Part shown: piece after piece, positions 38,560 to 48,713 of the stretch
Layout of the letters: every line of letters begins with the position of its first letter
How positions within the stretch are numbered: position 1 is the stretch's first letter
Source of the DNA: Clostridia bacterium
GTDB taxonomy: Bacteria > Bacillota > Clostridia > UMGS1883
Length of the DNA: 64,000 bases
Assembly: GCA_045594665.1 (NCBI GenBank)
Contig: JAZNYX010000053.1
Coordinates: forward strand, 5,747-69,746
Direction of reading: 5' to 3'
Notes under the pieces: generated by a model
The model's input: the letters and a program-made list of their open reading frames with translations, nothing else
Told to the model about the DNA's origin: nothing
Database searches by the model: none
Made by a program: the position numbers and the translations under genes

Positions 38560-38687
38560 AGTAATCACCCTTTCTTTTTTTGAATAATACTATTATAATG
38601 GATTCATACAGAAAAATCTACTGTTTTTTAGCGAAATACAGAAAAAACTTTTAAAAATTTATAAAAACAAAAAGTATCAAAAAGAAA

Positions 38688-38716
38688 TTGAAATTACGCA
38701 GTAGTTATGTTATAAT
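38688..38716 (+). promoter_or_regulatory. Sigma-A type promoter for glmS
   Basis: TTGAAA, 17 nt, TATAAT. Leaves a ~200-nt leader. Confidence 0.5.
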
Positions 38717-38923
38717 GAGTTTGCAAAGCAAACTTTAGTTTGCACAACGTTAAGTAAAGTTTACATATCGAATGCGGACTTTCCTAAAATATATTGTATT
38801 ATGACCCTTGTGAAAAGAAAATGCAACCCAAGGTTGCAAAATGTTTGGAAACAGGTTGCTGGACATTATATTAAAGGTTTGATAATATAAATGTATTAAT
38901 GGTGGAAAAGGAGAGCTAATATA

Positions 38924-40711
38924 ATGTGCGGAATAGTTGGATACATCGGAACAAAAAGTGCAGCACCCATTCTTCTGGAGGGGCTTTCAAAGCTTGAATA
39001 CAGAGGATATGATTCTGCCGGAATTGCAGTTGCAGAGAATAACAGTGTGCAGCTTTATAAAGCGGTAGGTAAGCTTGAAAATCTTGTGAAAAAGACAAAT
39101 GGTGGCAATGAAATGCCTGAAACCATCGGTATAGGCCATACCAGATGGGCAACTCACGGCAAGCCTACAGAAAACAATGCGCATCCTCATGCCTCTGCCC
39201 GTTTTACCCTGGTACATAACGGTATTATCGAAAACGAAGCAGCACTCAGAAAGCAGTATCTTTCGGATGTTGAATTTTACAGCGACACCGATACAGAGGT
39301 TATTGTACACCTTTTGGAAAAATTTATTAAAGAGGATAAAGATGTCAAGGTTGCAATTGCACATATTATAGGCGAACTTGAGGGTTCTTTTGCTCTTGCA
39401 ATTATTGATAAAGAGGATATGAACACAATCTACGCCGTAAAGAATAAGTCCCCGCTTCTTGTAGGTAAGGGTGACGGGTTCAATATGATTGGCTCGGATG
39501 CCATGGCGATGATTGCAAATACAGATACATTCTATGAAATTCACGATAAGGAATTTGCGGTAATCACCCGTGACAGTATTGACATATATACATCATATGC
39601 AAAAAAGGTGGAGCGTGACTGCTTCCATGCTGAAATTGATGTTTCCGATACGGAAAAGGGAACATACCCTCACTTTATGCTTAAGGAAATTGAGGAGCAG
39701 CCCCTCGTTATCCGCAGAATTATGCAGCAGTATTCCGATGAAGAAGGAAATCTTGTTGTAGACAAGGATATTATAAAAGACATCAAGGCAAGTGACAGAA
39801 TTTATATTATTGCCTGCGGAACGAGCTATCATGCAGGTCTTGTAGGGCAGACGTATATAGAACAGCTTGCAAAAATCCCAACTATGAGCTATATTGCCAG
39901 CGAATTTGTTCATAATATGCCGCTTCTTTCAAAGAAGCCCTTCTTTATCTTTATTTCCCAAAGCGGTGAAACTGCAGACAGCCGTGCCGTTTTGGTAAAG
40001 GTAAAGGAAATGGGACATAAGTGCCTTACAATTACCAACGTAAAAGGCTCTACTCTTTCCAGAGAAGCAGACCACACAATGATTCTTCATGCAGGTCCTG
40101 AAATTGCAGTTGCATCTACCAAGGCATACACTGCCCAGATGGCAGTTCTGGCAGTGCTTGCAAACGCTCTTTCGGATAGCCCCATGAACCTTAAATATGA
40201 GCTTGCAAAGGCGGCAACAGTTATGGAAGGCCTTTGTAACAACCGTGAGCATTTCCATGAGCTTTCAAAGGAATTCTTTGCGACAACACGCAACTGCTTC
40301 TATATCGGAAGAAGTACCGACTACTATGTATGTCTTGAAGCGGCACTGAAAATAAAAGAAATTTCATATATTCAGGCAGAGGGGTTTGCTGCAGGAGAGC
40401 TTAAGCACGGCACAATCGCCCTTATTGAAAAGGATACTCCCGTAATTGCATTTGTTACAAAGGAATCGGTAAACCTTAATACTCGCAGTAACATTAAAGA
40501 GGTTCGCGCCAGAGGTGCTAAGGTGCTTACCATTTCTCTTAAGAGAATCAGTGCTCATAGCGACCAGATTGTTATCAGTGATGTGGATGAAATGTTTGCT
40601 CCCCTTGTAAGTGCACTTCCCATGCAGTATCTTGCATACTATGCGGCACTTATCCGCGGATGCGATATTGATAAGCCGAGAAACCTTGCAAAATCAGTAA
40701 CGGTAGAGTAA
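38924..40711 (+). CDS. glmS: Glutamine--fructose-6-phosphate aminotransferase
   Basis: MCGIVGY N-terminal nucleophile, two SIS domains, C-terminal KSVTVE. Confidence 0.97.
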   Translation: MCGIVGYIGTKSAAPILLEGLSKLEYRGYDSAGIAVAENNSVQLYKAVGKLENLVKKTNGGNEMPETIGIGHTRWATHGKPTENNAHPHASARFTLVHNGIIENEAALRKQYLSDVEFYSDTDTEVIVHLLEKFIKEDKDVKVAIAHIIGELEGSFALAIIDKEDMNTIYAVKNKSPLLVGKGDGFNMIGSDAMAMIANTDTFYEIHDKEFAVITRDSIDIYTSYAKKVERDCFHAEIDVSDTEKGTYPHFMLKEIEEQPLVIRRIMQQYSDEEGNLVVDKDIIKDIKASDRIYIIACGTSYHAGLVGQTYIEQLAKIPTMSYIASEFVHNMPLLSKKPFFIFISQSGETADSRAVLVKVKEMGHKCLTITNVKGSTLSREADHTMILHAGPEIAVASTKAYTAQMAVLAVLANALSDSPMNLKYELAKAATVMEGLCNNREHFHELSKEFFATTRNCFYIGRSTDYYVCLEAALKIKEISYIQAEGFAAGELKHGTIALIEKDTPVIAFVTKESVNLNTRSNIKEVRARGAKVLTISLKRISAHSDQIVISDVDEMFAPLVSALPMQYLAYYAALIRGCDIDKPRNLAKSVTVE

Positions 40712-40720
40712 ATAATTGAA

Positions 40721-40764
40721 AATTAATGTAGGGGCGGATGTATGCACCGGCCCCTACATTAATT
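40721..40764. repeat. GTAGGGGC...GCCCCTAC palindrome, likely glmS terminator
   Basis: Perfect 15-bp stem AATTAATGTAGGGGC / GCCCCTACATTAATT with a 14-nt loop, starting 10 nt after the glmS stop. Confidence 0.6.
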
Positions 40765-40778
40765 ATAAGGTGGTAGTT

Positions 40779-41915
40779 ATGAAATCTAATTCAATAAATA
40801 AGCTTTCCTTTTATCTTCAGATGCTTCGTGCACGCTACGGCGACGGAGAATATTTCATTGAAATGAACATAAGCTTTAAATCGGGGACGAAGCAGTTTCC
40901 CGCATCCGTAAAAAAAGACGGCGAGAAGCTTGTGCTTTCCTTTTCGGGAACAAAGAAAGACTTTGAGTGGAAAGAAATTGAGAATATTGCCAAGGATTAC
41001 GATGCAATGGTGCTTGTGTACAAAGAGCGAGGCACCGATGCAATCATCAATGCCGACGACAGAAACGTAACCCTTAAATATGACGATATTGCTCCTATAG
41101 AAAATAACACCACCGCAACCGTAGGGGAAAGGCAGTATCTTATAGCACCGCCAAAGGCAAACGATTTGCTTAAAGAAATAGGCATAATGGGGCAAAACGG
41201 AAAAATAAAAAACGATATGGTGCGAAAATATAATCAGATAGACCATTTCGTGGAGCTTATTGCCGACTACTTAAAAAAGCTTGACGGAAAAATTGAAGTG
41301 CTTGACTGTGCCTGCGGAAAAAGCTATCTTTCTTTTGCACTTAATTATTATTTGAAGGATGTGCTCAAAAAGGACTGCCATGTAACGGGCGTTGACTATT
41401 CCGAAATTGTTATAGAGGCATCACGGAAAAGTGCAAAAAACTTAGGATATAACAACATGACCTTTGTGAAAGCGGATTTAACCACCTACACTCCTGAAAG
41501 AAAGCCCGATGTGGTTATCAGTCTGCACGCCTGCGATACGGCTACCGACATGGCAATCGGTGCGGCAATTAATGCAGGGGCAAAGGCGATTTTTGCCGTT
41601 CCCTGCTGCCATAAGGAGCTTCTCAGTCAATATTCTTACGAGCCTTTTGCTCCCCTTTTAAAGCACGGCATATTTAAGGCAAGACAGGCTGATTTGCTTA
41701 CGGATTCTCTAAGATGCCTGCTTCTTGAAGCTTCGGGCTACAGCGTTACACCGCAGGAATATATTTCTCCCGTGGAAACACCCAAAAACCTGCTGATAAA
41801 AGCATTTAAAGACGGCAAAAACGCAAAAAAGGCAACACGCGAATATTATGAACTGAAAAAAATGCTGGGTATTACGCCCAAACTTGAGACACTTATAAAG
41901 ATGGAGGCAGAATAA
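40779..41915 (+). CDS. Class I SAM-dependent methyltransferase (Methyltransf_32-like)
   Basis: VLDCACGKSYLSF (motif I) and ISLHACDTATD. AAGGTGG RBS lies before ATG 40779. Confidence 0.7.
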   Translation: MKSNSINKLSFYLQMLRARYGDGEYFIEMNISFKSGTKQFPASVKKDGEKLVLSFSGTKKDFEWKEIENIAKDYDAMVLVYKERGTDAIINADDRNVTLKYDDIAPIENNTTATVGERQYLIAPPKANDLLKEIGIMGQNGKIKNDMVRKYNQIDHFVELIADYLKKLDGKIEVLDCACGKSYLSFALNYYLKDVLKKDCHVTGVDYSEIVIEASRKSAKNLGYNNMTFVKADLTTYTPERKPDVVISLHACDTATDMAIGAAINAGAKAIFAVPCCHKELLSQYSYEPFAPLLKHGIFKARQADLLTDSLRCLLLEASGYSVTPQEYISPVETPKNLLIKAFKDGKNAKKATREYYELKKMLGITPKLETLIKMEAE

Positions 41916-42460
41916 TGGATTTTAGCGAAAAGACAGTAAAAAAAGAGTACATCTTTAAAGGAGAGGTAATAAATCTCCGTGTGGATACGGTGACAACACC
42001 GTCGGGCAATCTTGCCACGAGAGAGCTTGTAGAGCATCCCGGCGGCGTGTGCGTGGTTCCGCTGTTTGACGACGGAACAATCATCATGGAATGGCAGTAC
42101 CGCCGTCCCTTTGATACAAATACATATGAGATTCCCGCAGGAAAGCTCCATTACGGAGAGGACCCCTTAGAATGCGGAAAGCGTGAGCTTGAGGAGGAAA
42201 CAGGATATTGTGCAAAAAACTACACATATCTTGGCAAGATGTACCCCACTCCCGGCTTTTGCGGAGAGGTTGTTCATATGTATTTGGCAACCGATTTGTA
42301 CGAGGGCAGTGTAAACCGTGACGAGGATGAATTTATGGAGCTTGAAAGAGTGCCTCTTAGTGAAGTTACGGACAAGGTGCTGAGCGGAGAAATCGTAGAT
42401 GCAAAGACTTGTATTGCGATTTTGAAGGTAAACGAAATGAAAAACAGAGGAATGATTTAA
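41915..42460 (+). CDS. NUDIX hydrolase (ADP-ribose pyrophosphatase-like)
   Basis: Nudix box GKLHYGEDPLECGKRELEEETG. Confidence 0.8.
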   Translation: MDFSEKTVKKEYIFKGEVINLRVDTVTTPSGNLATRELVEHPGGVCVVPLFDDGTIIMEWQYRRPFDTNTYEIPAGKLHYGEDPLECGKRELEEETGYCAKNYTYLGKMYPTPGFCGEVVHMYLATDLYEGSVNRDEDEFMELERVPLSEVTDKVLSGEIVDAKTCIAILKVNEMKNRGMI

Positions 42461-43746
42461 TGAAGGTTTCATTCTATGCATTGGGCTGTAAAGTAAATCA
42501 ATACGAAATAGATTGCTATTCAAAAATATTTGCCGACAGCGGTTGGGAAATCGGAAGCTTTTGTGAAAAATGCGATGCATATGTAATAAACACCTGTGCA
42601 ATAACGAATATCGGGGAGAGAAAGAGCAGGCAGATAATCCGCCGTGCAAAGAAGCAAAACCCCGATGCAGTAATAGCCGTAACGGGGTGCTATGCCCAGA
42701 CAAAGGCTGAGGAAGTAAAAAGCATGAGTGAGGCGGATGTAGTGCTGGGAACGGCTAACCGTGCTCATATATGCCGAATTGTAGAAGCCAAAATTAAGGG
42801 CGAGGATATAGACCTTCTTTGCGATATTATGAAGGAGAGGGACTATGAAGAATTAGAATGTGAGGGCACTGCCGAGCGCACACGTGCCTATATCAAAATT
42901 CAGGACGGGTGCGATAATTTCTGCTCCTACTGCATAGTACCCTATGCCCGTGGACCTGTGAGAAGCCGAAGTCTTGAAAACATTGTCCCCGAAGCAAAGA
43001 GACTGGCAGAAGCAGGCTTTCGCGAAATAGTACTGACGGGAATCAGCGTTGCCTCCTACGGCAAGGATTTGAAAAACGGCAGTACCTTGAAAAATGTCAT
43101 CGAGGAAGTGTGCAAGGTTGAGGGGATCGAAAGAGTTCGCCTAAGCAGTATTTCACCAAACATTTTTGATGACGAATTTATAGATTTCATTGCTAATGAG
43201 AAAAAAATGTGCCGTCATTTTCATATATCCCTCCAAAGCGGAAGCAGCAGTGTGCTTAAACGTATGAACAGAAAGTATAGTGCAGAGGAGTACCTTGATA
43301 CATTGGGAAGAATCCGTAAGGCTATGCCCGACAGTGGAATAACAACTGACATTATCTGCGGATTTCCCGAAGAAAGCGATGAAGAATTTCTTGAAACCAT
43401 GGAATTTGTGAAGAAGGCACGCTTTTTGAAGGTACATGTGTTCCCTTATTCCGAAAGAAGCGGAACTGTTGCGGCACGAATGGAGCAAGTACCCCATAAC
43501 ATCCGCGAAGAACGTGCGGCAAAGCTTACCGCCTTGACCGAAGAGATTGCAAAGGAAGTGGAAAAGGGCTTCGTCGGACAAAACATGGAAGTTCTATTTG
43601 AGCAGACACAGGGAGAATATGCCGAAGGACTTTCGGGAAATTATCTTCGCATTTATGTAAAAGGCGGAGACGACCTTACAGGCGAAATCCGAAGCGTAAA
43701 AATAAAAGAAATCAAAGACGGCAAAATCTACGGCGAAATAATATAG
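42460..43746 (+). CDS. mtaB: tRNA methylthiotransferase, MtaB-like radical SAM
   Basis: LGCKVNQYE N-terminus, CDNFCSYC radical-SAM cluster, C-terminal TRAM-like domain. Start overlaps the nudix stop (TAATG). Confidence 0.8.
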   Translation: MKVSFYALGCKVNQYEIDCYSKIFADSGWEIGSFCEKCDAYVINTCAITNIGERKSRQIIRRAKKQNPDAVIAVTGCYAQTKAEEVKSMSEADVVLGTANRAHICRIVEAKIKGEDIDLLCDIMKERDYEELECEGTAERTRAYIKIQDGCDNFCSYCIVPYARGPVRSRSLENIVPEAKRLAEAGFREIVLTGISVASYGKDLKNGSTLKNVIEEVCKVEGIERVRLSSISPNIFDDEFIDFIANEKKMCRHFHISLQSGSSSVLKRMNRKYSAEEYLDTLGRIRKAMPDSGITTDIICGFPEESDEEFLETMEFVKKARFLKVHVFPYSERSGTVAARMEQVPHNIREERAAKLTALTEEIAKEVEKGFVGQNMEVLFEQTQGEYAEGLSGNYLRIYVKGGDDLTGEIRSVKIKEIKDGKIYGEII

Positions 43747-43754
43747 TGATAAGT

Positions 43755-43798
43755 AAAAACCCAATCCGATGCAGATTAAAGCAGGGATTGGGTTTTTG
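43755..43798 (+). terminator. Intrinsic terminator
   Basis: AACCCAATCC / GGATTGGGTT followed by TTTGTGTTTTTT. Confidence 0.7.
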
Positions 43799-43884
43799 TG
43801 TTTTTTCCCTCAAAGGTCTTTACAAAGACATAAAAAAGCGGTACAATATTATATTATGGGATAGTGCCGTAGGGAGGGAAAAGC

Positions 43885-44232
43885 TTGAAAAAAGGTGACA
43901 TATTTTTAATTATAATCGCTGTAGCTTTTCTTTTTCTGTGGTTCATTCCCAAGGAGCAGGGCGGCGAGGCGGCAATCTATGTTGACGGAAAGATTTATAA
44001 GCGGATTCCCCTTGATAAAGATGCAGAAATTTTAGTAAGCAGTGAATTTGGGGAAAACACGGTTTCCGTAAAAAATGGCGTTGTTACCATAAACCATACC
44101 GATTGCCCGGACAAGCTTTGTGAAAAAGAAAAAATCGATTCTTCGGGAGGAAGCATTGTGTGCCTCCCCAATAGACTTAGTATAATTATAGAAAATACCA
44201 AATCGGAAAATAAAACGGATGTATTATTATGA
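43885..44232 (+). CDS. NusG domain II-containing membrane-anchored protein
   Basis: TM segment, then VKNGVVTINHTDCPDKLC...GGSIVCLPNRL, which is typical of NusG_II proteins paired with a Gx transporter. Confidence 0.7.
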   Translation: MKKGDIFLIIIAVAFLFLWFIPKEQGGEAAIYVDGKIYKRIPLDKDAEILVSSEFGENTVSVKNGVVTINHTDCPDKLCEKEKIDSSGGSIVCLPNRLSIIIENTKSENKTDVLL

Positions 44233-44720
44233 TAAAGACAAAGGATATTACAAGGACAGCGGCACTTGTCGCCGTAGCAGTGCTTTTAGGATATGTGGAA
44301 AGCCTGTTTCCCCCCATTGCCGCAGGGGTAAAGCTTGGGCTTGCAAATACTGTGGTTCTGGCTTCTCTTTATACGCAGAGCGTAGGGAAGGCATGGGTTA
44401 TTGCCATTTTAAAGGTGCTTTTGTGTATGATGCTGTTTGGTAACGGTGCGGCACTTTTATACAGCCTCAGCGGTGCAATTATGAGCGTATTCGTAATGAG
44501 CATTGCAAAGAAAACGGGGCAGTTTTCCCTTGTGGGAGTAAGCAGCTTAGGCGGAGTTTTTCATAATATGGCACAGCTTTTGTGTGCATATTTCATTATA
44601 GGAAAAGGCGTGCTCTTTTACATGCCCGTGCTTTTACTGTCGGGCGTTGTATGCGGAATCCTTACGGGAATTGCCGCACATATTATTGTGAAAAGGAGGG
44701 ATTTATTTGGCAAGGAATGA
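44229..44720 (+). CDS. Gx transporter family protein (heptaprenyl diphosphate synthase component I-like)
   Basis: Polytopic. LGYVESLFPP motif. Overlaps the upstream stop. Confidence 0.7.
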   Translation: MIKTKDITRTAALVAVAVLLGYVESLFPPIAAGVKLGLANTVVLASLYTQSVGKAWVIAILKVLLCMMLFGNGAALLYSLSGAIMSVFVMSIAKKTGQFSLVGVSSLGGVFHNMAQLLCAYFIIGKGVLFYMPVLLLSGVVCGILTGIAAHIIVKRRDLFGKE

Positions 44721-45870
44721 TTATTTGCATTTGTCGGAAGAAAAAGCTCGCGAAATTGAAGAAAAGCTAAAGCTTCCGCTAAAGCAGGTCATAAGGCGGA
44801 ACAATGACCGTGACCGTGCCAAAATATGGCGTCCATGCTACGTTCGCGATATAGAAAAAATCCTCCACCACCCTTATTACAACCGCTATACCGATAAAAC
44901 ACAGGTTTTTTCCTTTTTTAAGGATGACGATATTACACGCCGTGCCCTCCATGTGCAGTTGGTATCAAGAATTGCCCGTAACATCGGGCGGCTCTTGGGG
45001 CTTCAGCTTGACCTTATTGAAGCAATAGCCCTGGGGCACGATATCGGGCATACGCCATTCGGGCATGCAGGGGAAAGGCTCTTGGGAGAAATATACCACT
45101 GCCGGACGGGAAGATATTTTAATCATAACGTACACAGCGTAAGAGTGCTGGATAAGATATTCAATCTGAATATCAGTCTTGACACCCTGGACGGAATACT
45201 TTGCCATAACGGCGAGCTTGAGCTTAAGGAATATTACCCGTCACCCATTTCGGGCTTTGATGAGTTCGATAAAAAAGTGGAAGGCTGTTATATTGACCGC
45301 GATAATGTAAAGAAGCTTATTCCCTCAACCTTGGAGGGCTGTGTTGTCCGTGTCAGCGATATAATTGCATATATCGGAAAGGACAGGCAGGACGCAGAGC
45401 GTGCAGGGGTAAAGATTCCCTACGCAGGAACGGATAATTCCCATATGATAAATAACTTCGTGGTTAACATTGTGGAAAACAGCTTTGGCAAAGACTCAAT
45501 CAGAATGGACGGAGAATATTTTGAAGCACTGAAGAAGGCAAAAAGTGATAACTACGAACGTATTTATCTGGCGGACAGCGTCAATGAGCAGTATAACACC
45601 TGCCTTAAGACAATGTTTGAGTTGCTTTATGAAAAGCTTATAAAGGATTTGGCGGATAAGGACAGCCTCATTTACCGCCACCATATCGATTATGTGAATA
45701 CACGCAGGGGATATTATAAGTCCGAAACGCCTTACGAGGAGGAAAATACTCCCGATGATATTGTAACGGACTATATTGCATCGATGACGGATGACTATTT
45801 TATAGATATATGTGCTCATCTATTGCCCGATGCACCCACGGTAAAATACATTGGTTATTTCGATAAATAA
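44707..45870 (+). CDS. HD-domain dGTP triphosphohydrolase-like protein
   Basis: RALHVQLVSRIAR...LGHDIGHTPFGHAGE. TTG start with AGGAGG RBS. Confidence 0.75.
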   Translation: MARNDYLHLSEEKAREIEEKLKLPLKQVIRRNNDRDRAKIWRPCYVRDIEKILHHPYYNRYTDKTQVFSFFKDDDITRRALHVQLVSRIARNIGRLLGLQLDLIEAIALGHDIGHTPFGHAGERLLGEIYHCRTGRYFNHNVHSVRVLDKIFNLNISLDTLDGILCHNGELELKEYYPSPISGFDEFDKKVEGCYIDRDNVKKLIPSTLEGCVVRVSDIIAYIGKDRQDAERAGVKIPYAGTDNSHMINNFVVNIVENSFGKDSIRMDGEYFEALKKAKSDNYERIYLADSVNEQYNTCLKTMFELLYEKLIKDLADKDSLIYRHHIDYVNTRRGYYKSETPYEEENTPDDIVTDYIASMTDDYFIDICAHLLPDAPTVKYIGYFDK

Positions 45871-45885
45871 GAAAGGAAAATGATT

Positions 45886-47532
45886 ATGGATAACAAAAAA
45901 ATGGCGGAGCTTTTACTGCCGAATATTACAAAGACTCCCGAATATTATGAAAACCTTTACCCCGAAAGAAATCTTCCCGAGGGTGCAAAGGTTACAAGAC
46001 TCGGTCCCAGCCCCACAGGATTTATTCATCTGGGAAACCTTTTCGGTGCAATCACCGATGAAAGATTAGCTCATCTTTCGGGCGGTGTATTTTATCTTCG
46101 CATAGAGGACACCGATAACAAGCGTGAGGTTGAGGGTGCTGTAGATGTGGTTATCAACACTCTGCGTTATTTCGGTGTGGAATTTGACGAGGGTGCAACA
46201 AGCGACGGTGAAAAAGGTGATTACGGCCCCTACCGCCAGAGACAGCGTGCAGAGATTTATCAGACCTTTGCAAAGTGGCTTATTGAGCAGGGTATGGCAT
46301 ACCCCTGCTTCTGCAGTGAGGAAGAGCTTAGCGCAATGCGTGAAAAGCAGACAGAGCTTAAGGAAAACTTCGGCTACTATGGCAAATGGGCAGTTCACAG
46401 AAATATTACCGTTGAAGAAGCACAGAAAAACATAGAGGAAGGCAAGCCTTTCGTTCTTCGCTTCCGTGCTCCCGAAAACATGGGTAAGACCTTTACCGTC
46501 AAGGATGCAATCCGCGGTGAGCTTACTATGCCCGAAAATGAACAGGACGTGGTTATCCTTAAATCAGACGGAATTCCCACGTACCATTTTGCACACGTGG
46601 TAGACGATCACCTTATGCGTACCACCCACGTAGTACGCGGTGAGGAATGGCTTGCAACGCTTCCCATTCATGTACAGCTTTTCAGAGCAATGGGCTGGAA
46701 AGCACCTACTTATTGCCATACTGCACAGCTTATGAAGATTGATAACGGCGTGAAGCGTAAGCTCAGTAAGCGTAAAGACCCCGAGCTTTCCCTTGATTAT
46801 TATAAGAGTGAGGGCTATCTTCCCGGAGCGGTATGGGAATATCTCATGACCGTGCTTAACTCAAACTACGAGCAGTGGAGAATGGACAACCCCGATAAAG
46901 ATGTGAAAGAATTTGAATTTACCGCTAAGAAAATGGGAATCAGCGGTTCGCTCTTTGATATAGACAAGCTTAACGATGTCAGCAAAAATTATCTTGCCAC
47001 TCTTGACAGCCAGACCGTTTACGATTACATTACCGCATGGGCAAAGGAATGTGACGAGGAATATTACGATCTCCTTACCCGTGACAAGGATTTTGCAATC
47101 GGCATGATTGGTATAGGCAGAGGCGGAGAAAAGCCCCGTAAGGATATCAGCCACTGGAAGCAGTCCAAGGATTTCTACAGCTTCTTTTTTGACGAACTGT
47201 TTAAAATTGAGGACAGCTTCCCCGAAAACGTTTCCGAGGAGGACAGAAAGATTATTCTTTCAAAGTATATGGAAACATACGACCATAGTGATGACCAGTC
47301 CACATGGTTTTCAAAGGTTCGTGCAATTGGTGAGGAACTCGGCTATGCACCTCAGCCCAAGCTTTACAAGAAGAATCCCGAAAGCTATAAGGGGCATGTA
47401 GGTGATGTCAGCGGAGTAATCCGTGTTGCTGTAACAGGCAGAGGTAATTCTCCCGACGTATGGTGCATTCAGCAGGTGTTGGGCGAGGTACGCACCATGG
47501 AGAGGATAAAGAGGGCATATGAGCAGAAATAA
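45886..47532 (+). CDS. gltX: Glutamate--tRNA ligase
   Basis: PSPTGFIHLGN (HIGH-type) and KLSKRK (KMSKS-type) motifs. Confidence 0.75.
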   Translation: MDNKKMAELLLPNITKTPEYYENLYPERNLPEGAKVTRLGPSPTGFIHLGNLFGAITDERLAHLSGGVFYLRIEDTDNKREVEGAVDVVINTLRYFGVEFDEGATSDGEKGDYGPYRQRQRAEIYQTFAKWLIEQGMAYPCFCSEEELSAMREKQTELKENFGYYGKWAVHRNITVEEAQKNIEEGKPFVLRFRAPENMGKTFTVKDAIRGELTMPENEQDVVILKSDGIPTYHFAHVVDDHLMRTTHVVRGEEWLATLPIHVQLFRAMGWKAPTYCHTAQLMKIDNGVKRKLSKRKDPELSLDYYKSEGYLPGAVWEYLMTVLNSNYEQWRMDNPDKDVKEFEFTAKKMGISGSLFDIDKLNDVSKNYLATLDSQTVYDYITAWAKECDEEYYDLLTRDKDFAIGMIGIGRGGEKPRKDISHWKQSKDFYSFFFDELFKIEDSFPENVSEEDRKIILSKYMETYDHSDDQSTWFSKVRAIGEELGYAPQPKLYKKNPESYKGHVGDVSGVIRVAVTGRGNSPDVWCIQQVLGEVRTMERIKRAYEQK

Positions 47533-48649
47533 AAAGCTTGCCATAGTTTTTTCGGTGATGACCTGTGCGATTATTCTTCTTGTTATAATGCTTATAAAAG
47601 AGTTTGGCACGGCAAACGAAAAGAAGCCTGCAATAAATGAGCCTTCCAAAGTTACCGTTACGCTTAAAGCGGTGGGGGATAATCTTATTCATTCCCCCAT
47701 ATACAATTCCTGCAAAACGGAGGACGGATTTGATTTTGACGGACTTTATACCAATATCACGCCCCACATAAAGGATGCGGACATTGCCGCAATAAATCAG
47801 GAGACCATTTTTGTAGATTCCGTGTCTGCACTTAGCGGATATCCTGCCTTCGGCACACCACCTCAGGTCGGGGAGAGTGTGGTAAAAGCAGGCTTCAATC
47901 TTGTAACACACGCCACAAATCATACTTATGATAAGGGCGCGGACGCCGTTTTTCATACTATAGACTTCTGGAAAAAGCATAAGGACGTTACGGTTATCGG
48001 AATAAATGAAAATCAAGATAGGCAGGACAGCATCACCGTTTGGGAAAAGGACGATTTAAAAATTGCACTTTTGAATTTTACTTATGGACTTAACGGCGGG
48101 AGACCGCCTGCCGATAAATCCTATCTTATAAATATATTCGGCAGAGGCGAGAGGGAGGCACAAATTCTTGCTAAAGCGGAGGAAGCTGCCGATATTACGG
48201 TGGTATTCCTGCATTTTGGCACGGAGTATACACATAAGCCGACAAAAGCACAAATTAAAGATGTGGAGTTTTTGACGCAGAACGGTGCAGATATTATCAT
48301 CGGTACACACCCCCATGTGATTCAGCCTGTGTGCGAACATATTTCAGAGAATGGAAACAAGGCGGTAGTTTTCTATAGCTTGGGTAATTTTGTTTCCAAT
48401 CAGAAAGAAAACCCAAAAATCCTCGGAGGCATGGCAGATATCAAAATTAGTAAAGAGGGAGATTCGGTAAGCATTGATAGCTACGAAATGCTCCCGACAG
48501 TAACTCATCGGGAGAATGGTATGTACAGCGTGTATATGCTAAGTGATTATACAGATGAGCTTGTAAAGAAAAATACCCGAGGAAGCTCGCTTTCGGTAGA
48601 TAAGCTTCAGACTATGTTTGATGATGTGATGAATATAGAAGTAAAATAA
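47519..48649 (+). CDS. CapA family (PGA_cap metallophosphatase) protein, membrane anchored
   Basis: N-terminal TM segment. KAVGDNLIHSPIY and HFGTEY motifs. Confidence 0.75.
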   Translation: MSRNKKLAIVFSVMTCAIILLVIMLIKEFGTANEKKPAINEPSKVTVTLKAVGDNLIHSPIYNSCKTEDGFDFDGLYTNITPHIKDADIAAINQETIFVDSVSALSGYPAFGTPPQVGESVVKAGFNLVTHATNHTYDKGADAVFHTIDFWKKHKDVTVIGINENQDRQDSITVWEKDDLKIALLNFTYGLNGGRPPADKSYLINIFGRGEREAQILAKAEEAADITVVFLHFGTEYTHKPTKAQIKDVEFLTQNGADIIIGTHPHVIQPVCEHISENGNKAVVFYSLGNFVSNQKENPKILGGMADIKISKEGDSVSIDSYEMLPTVTHRENGMYSVYMLSDYTDELVKKNTRGSSLSVDKLQTMFDDVMNIEVK

Positions 48650-48650
48650 T

Positions 48651-48700
48651 AAAAGGCAGTATTTTTATTGCATTTAATGCATTAAAAATACTGCCTTTTA
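48651..48700. terminator. Bidirectional terminator at the host / prophage junction
   Basis: AAAAGGCAGTATTTTTA / TAAAAATACTGCCTTTT long stem between convergent capA and the repressor gene. Confidence 0.7.
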
Positions 48701-48713
48701 TATTTTACCAGTA

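Noticed and set aside
45871-45885. Looked for a T-box leader upstream of gltX.
   Set aside because: Only ~15 nt separate gltX from the upstream HD-domain gene, which leaves no room for a leader.
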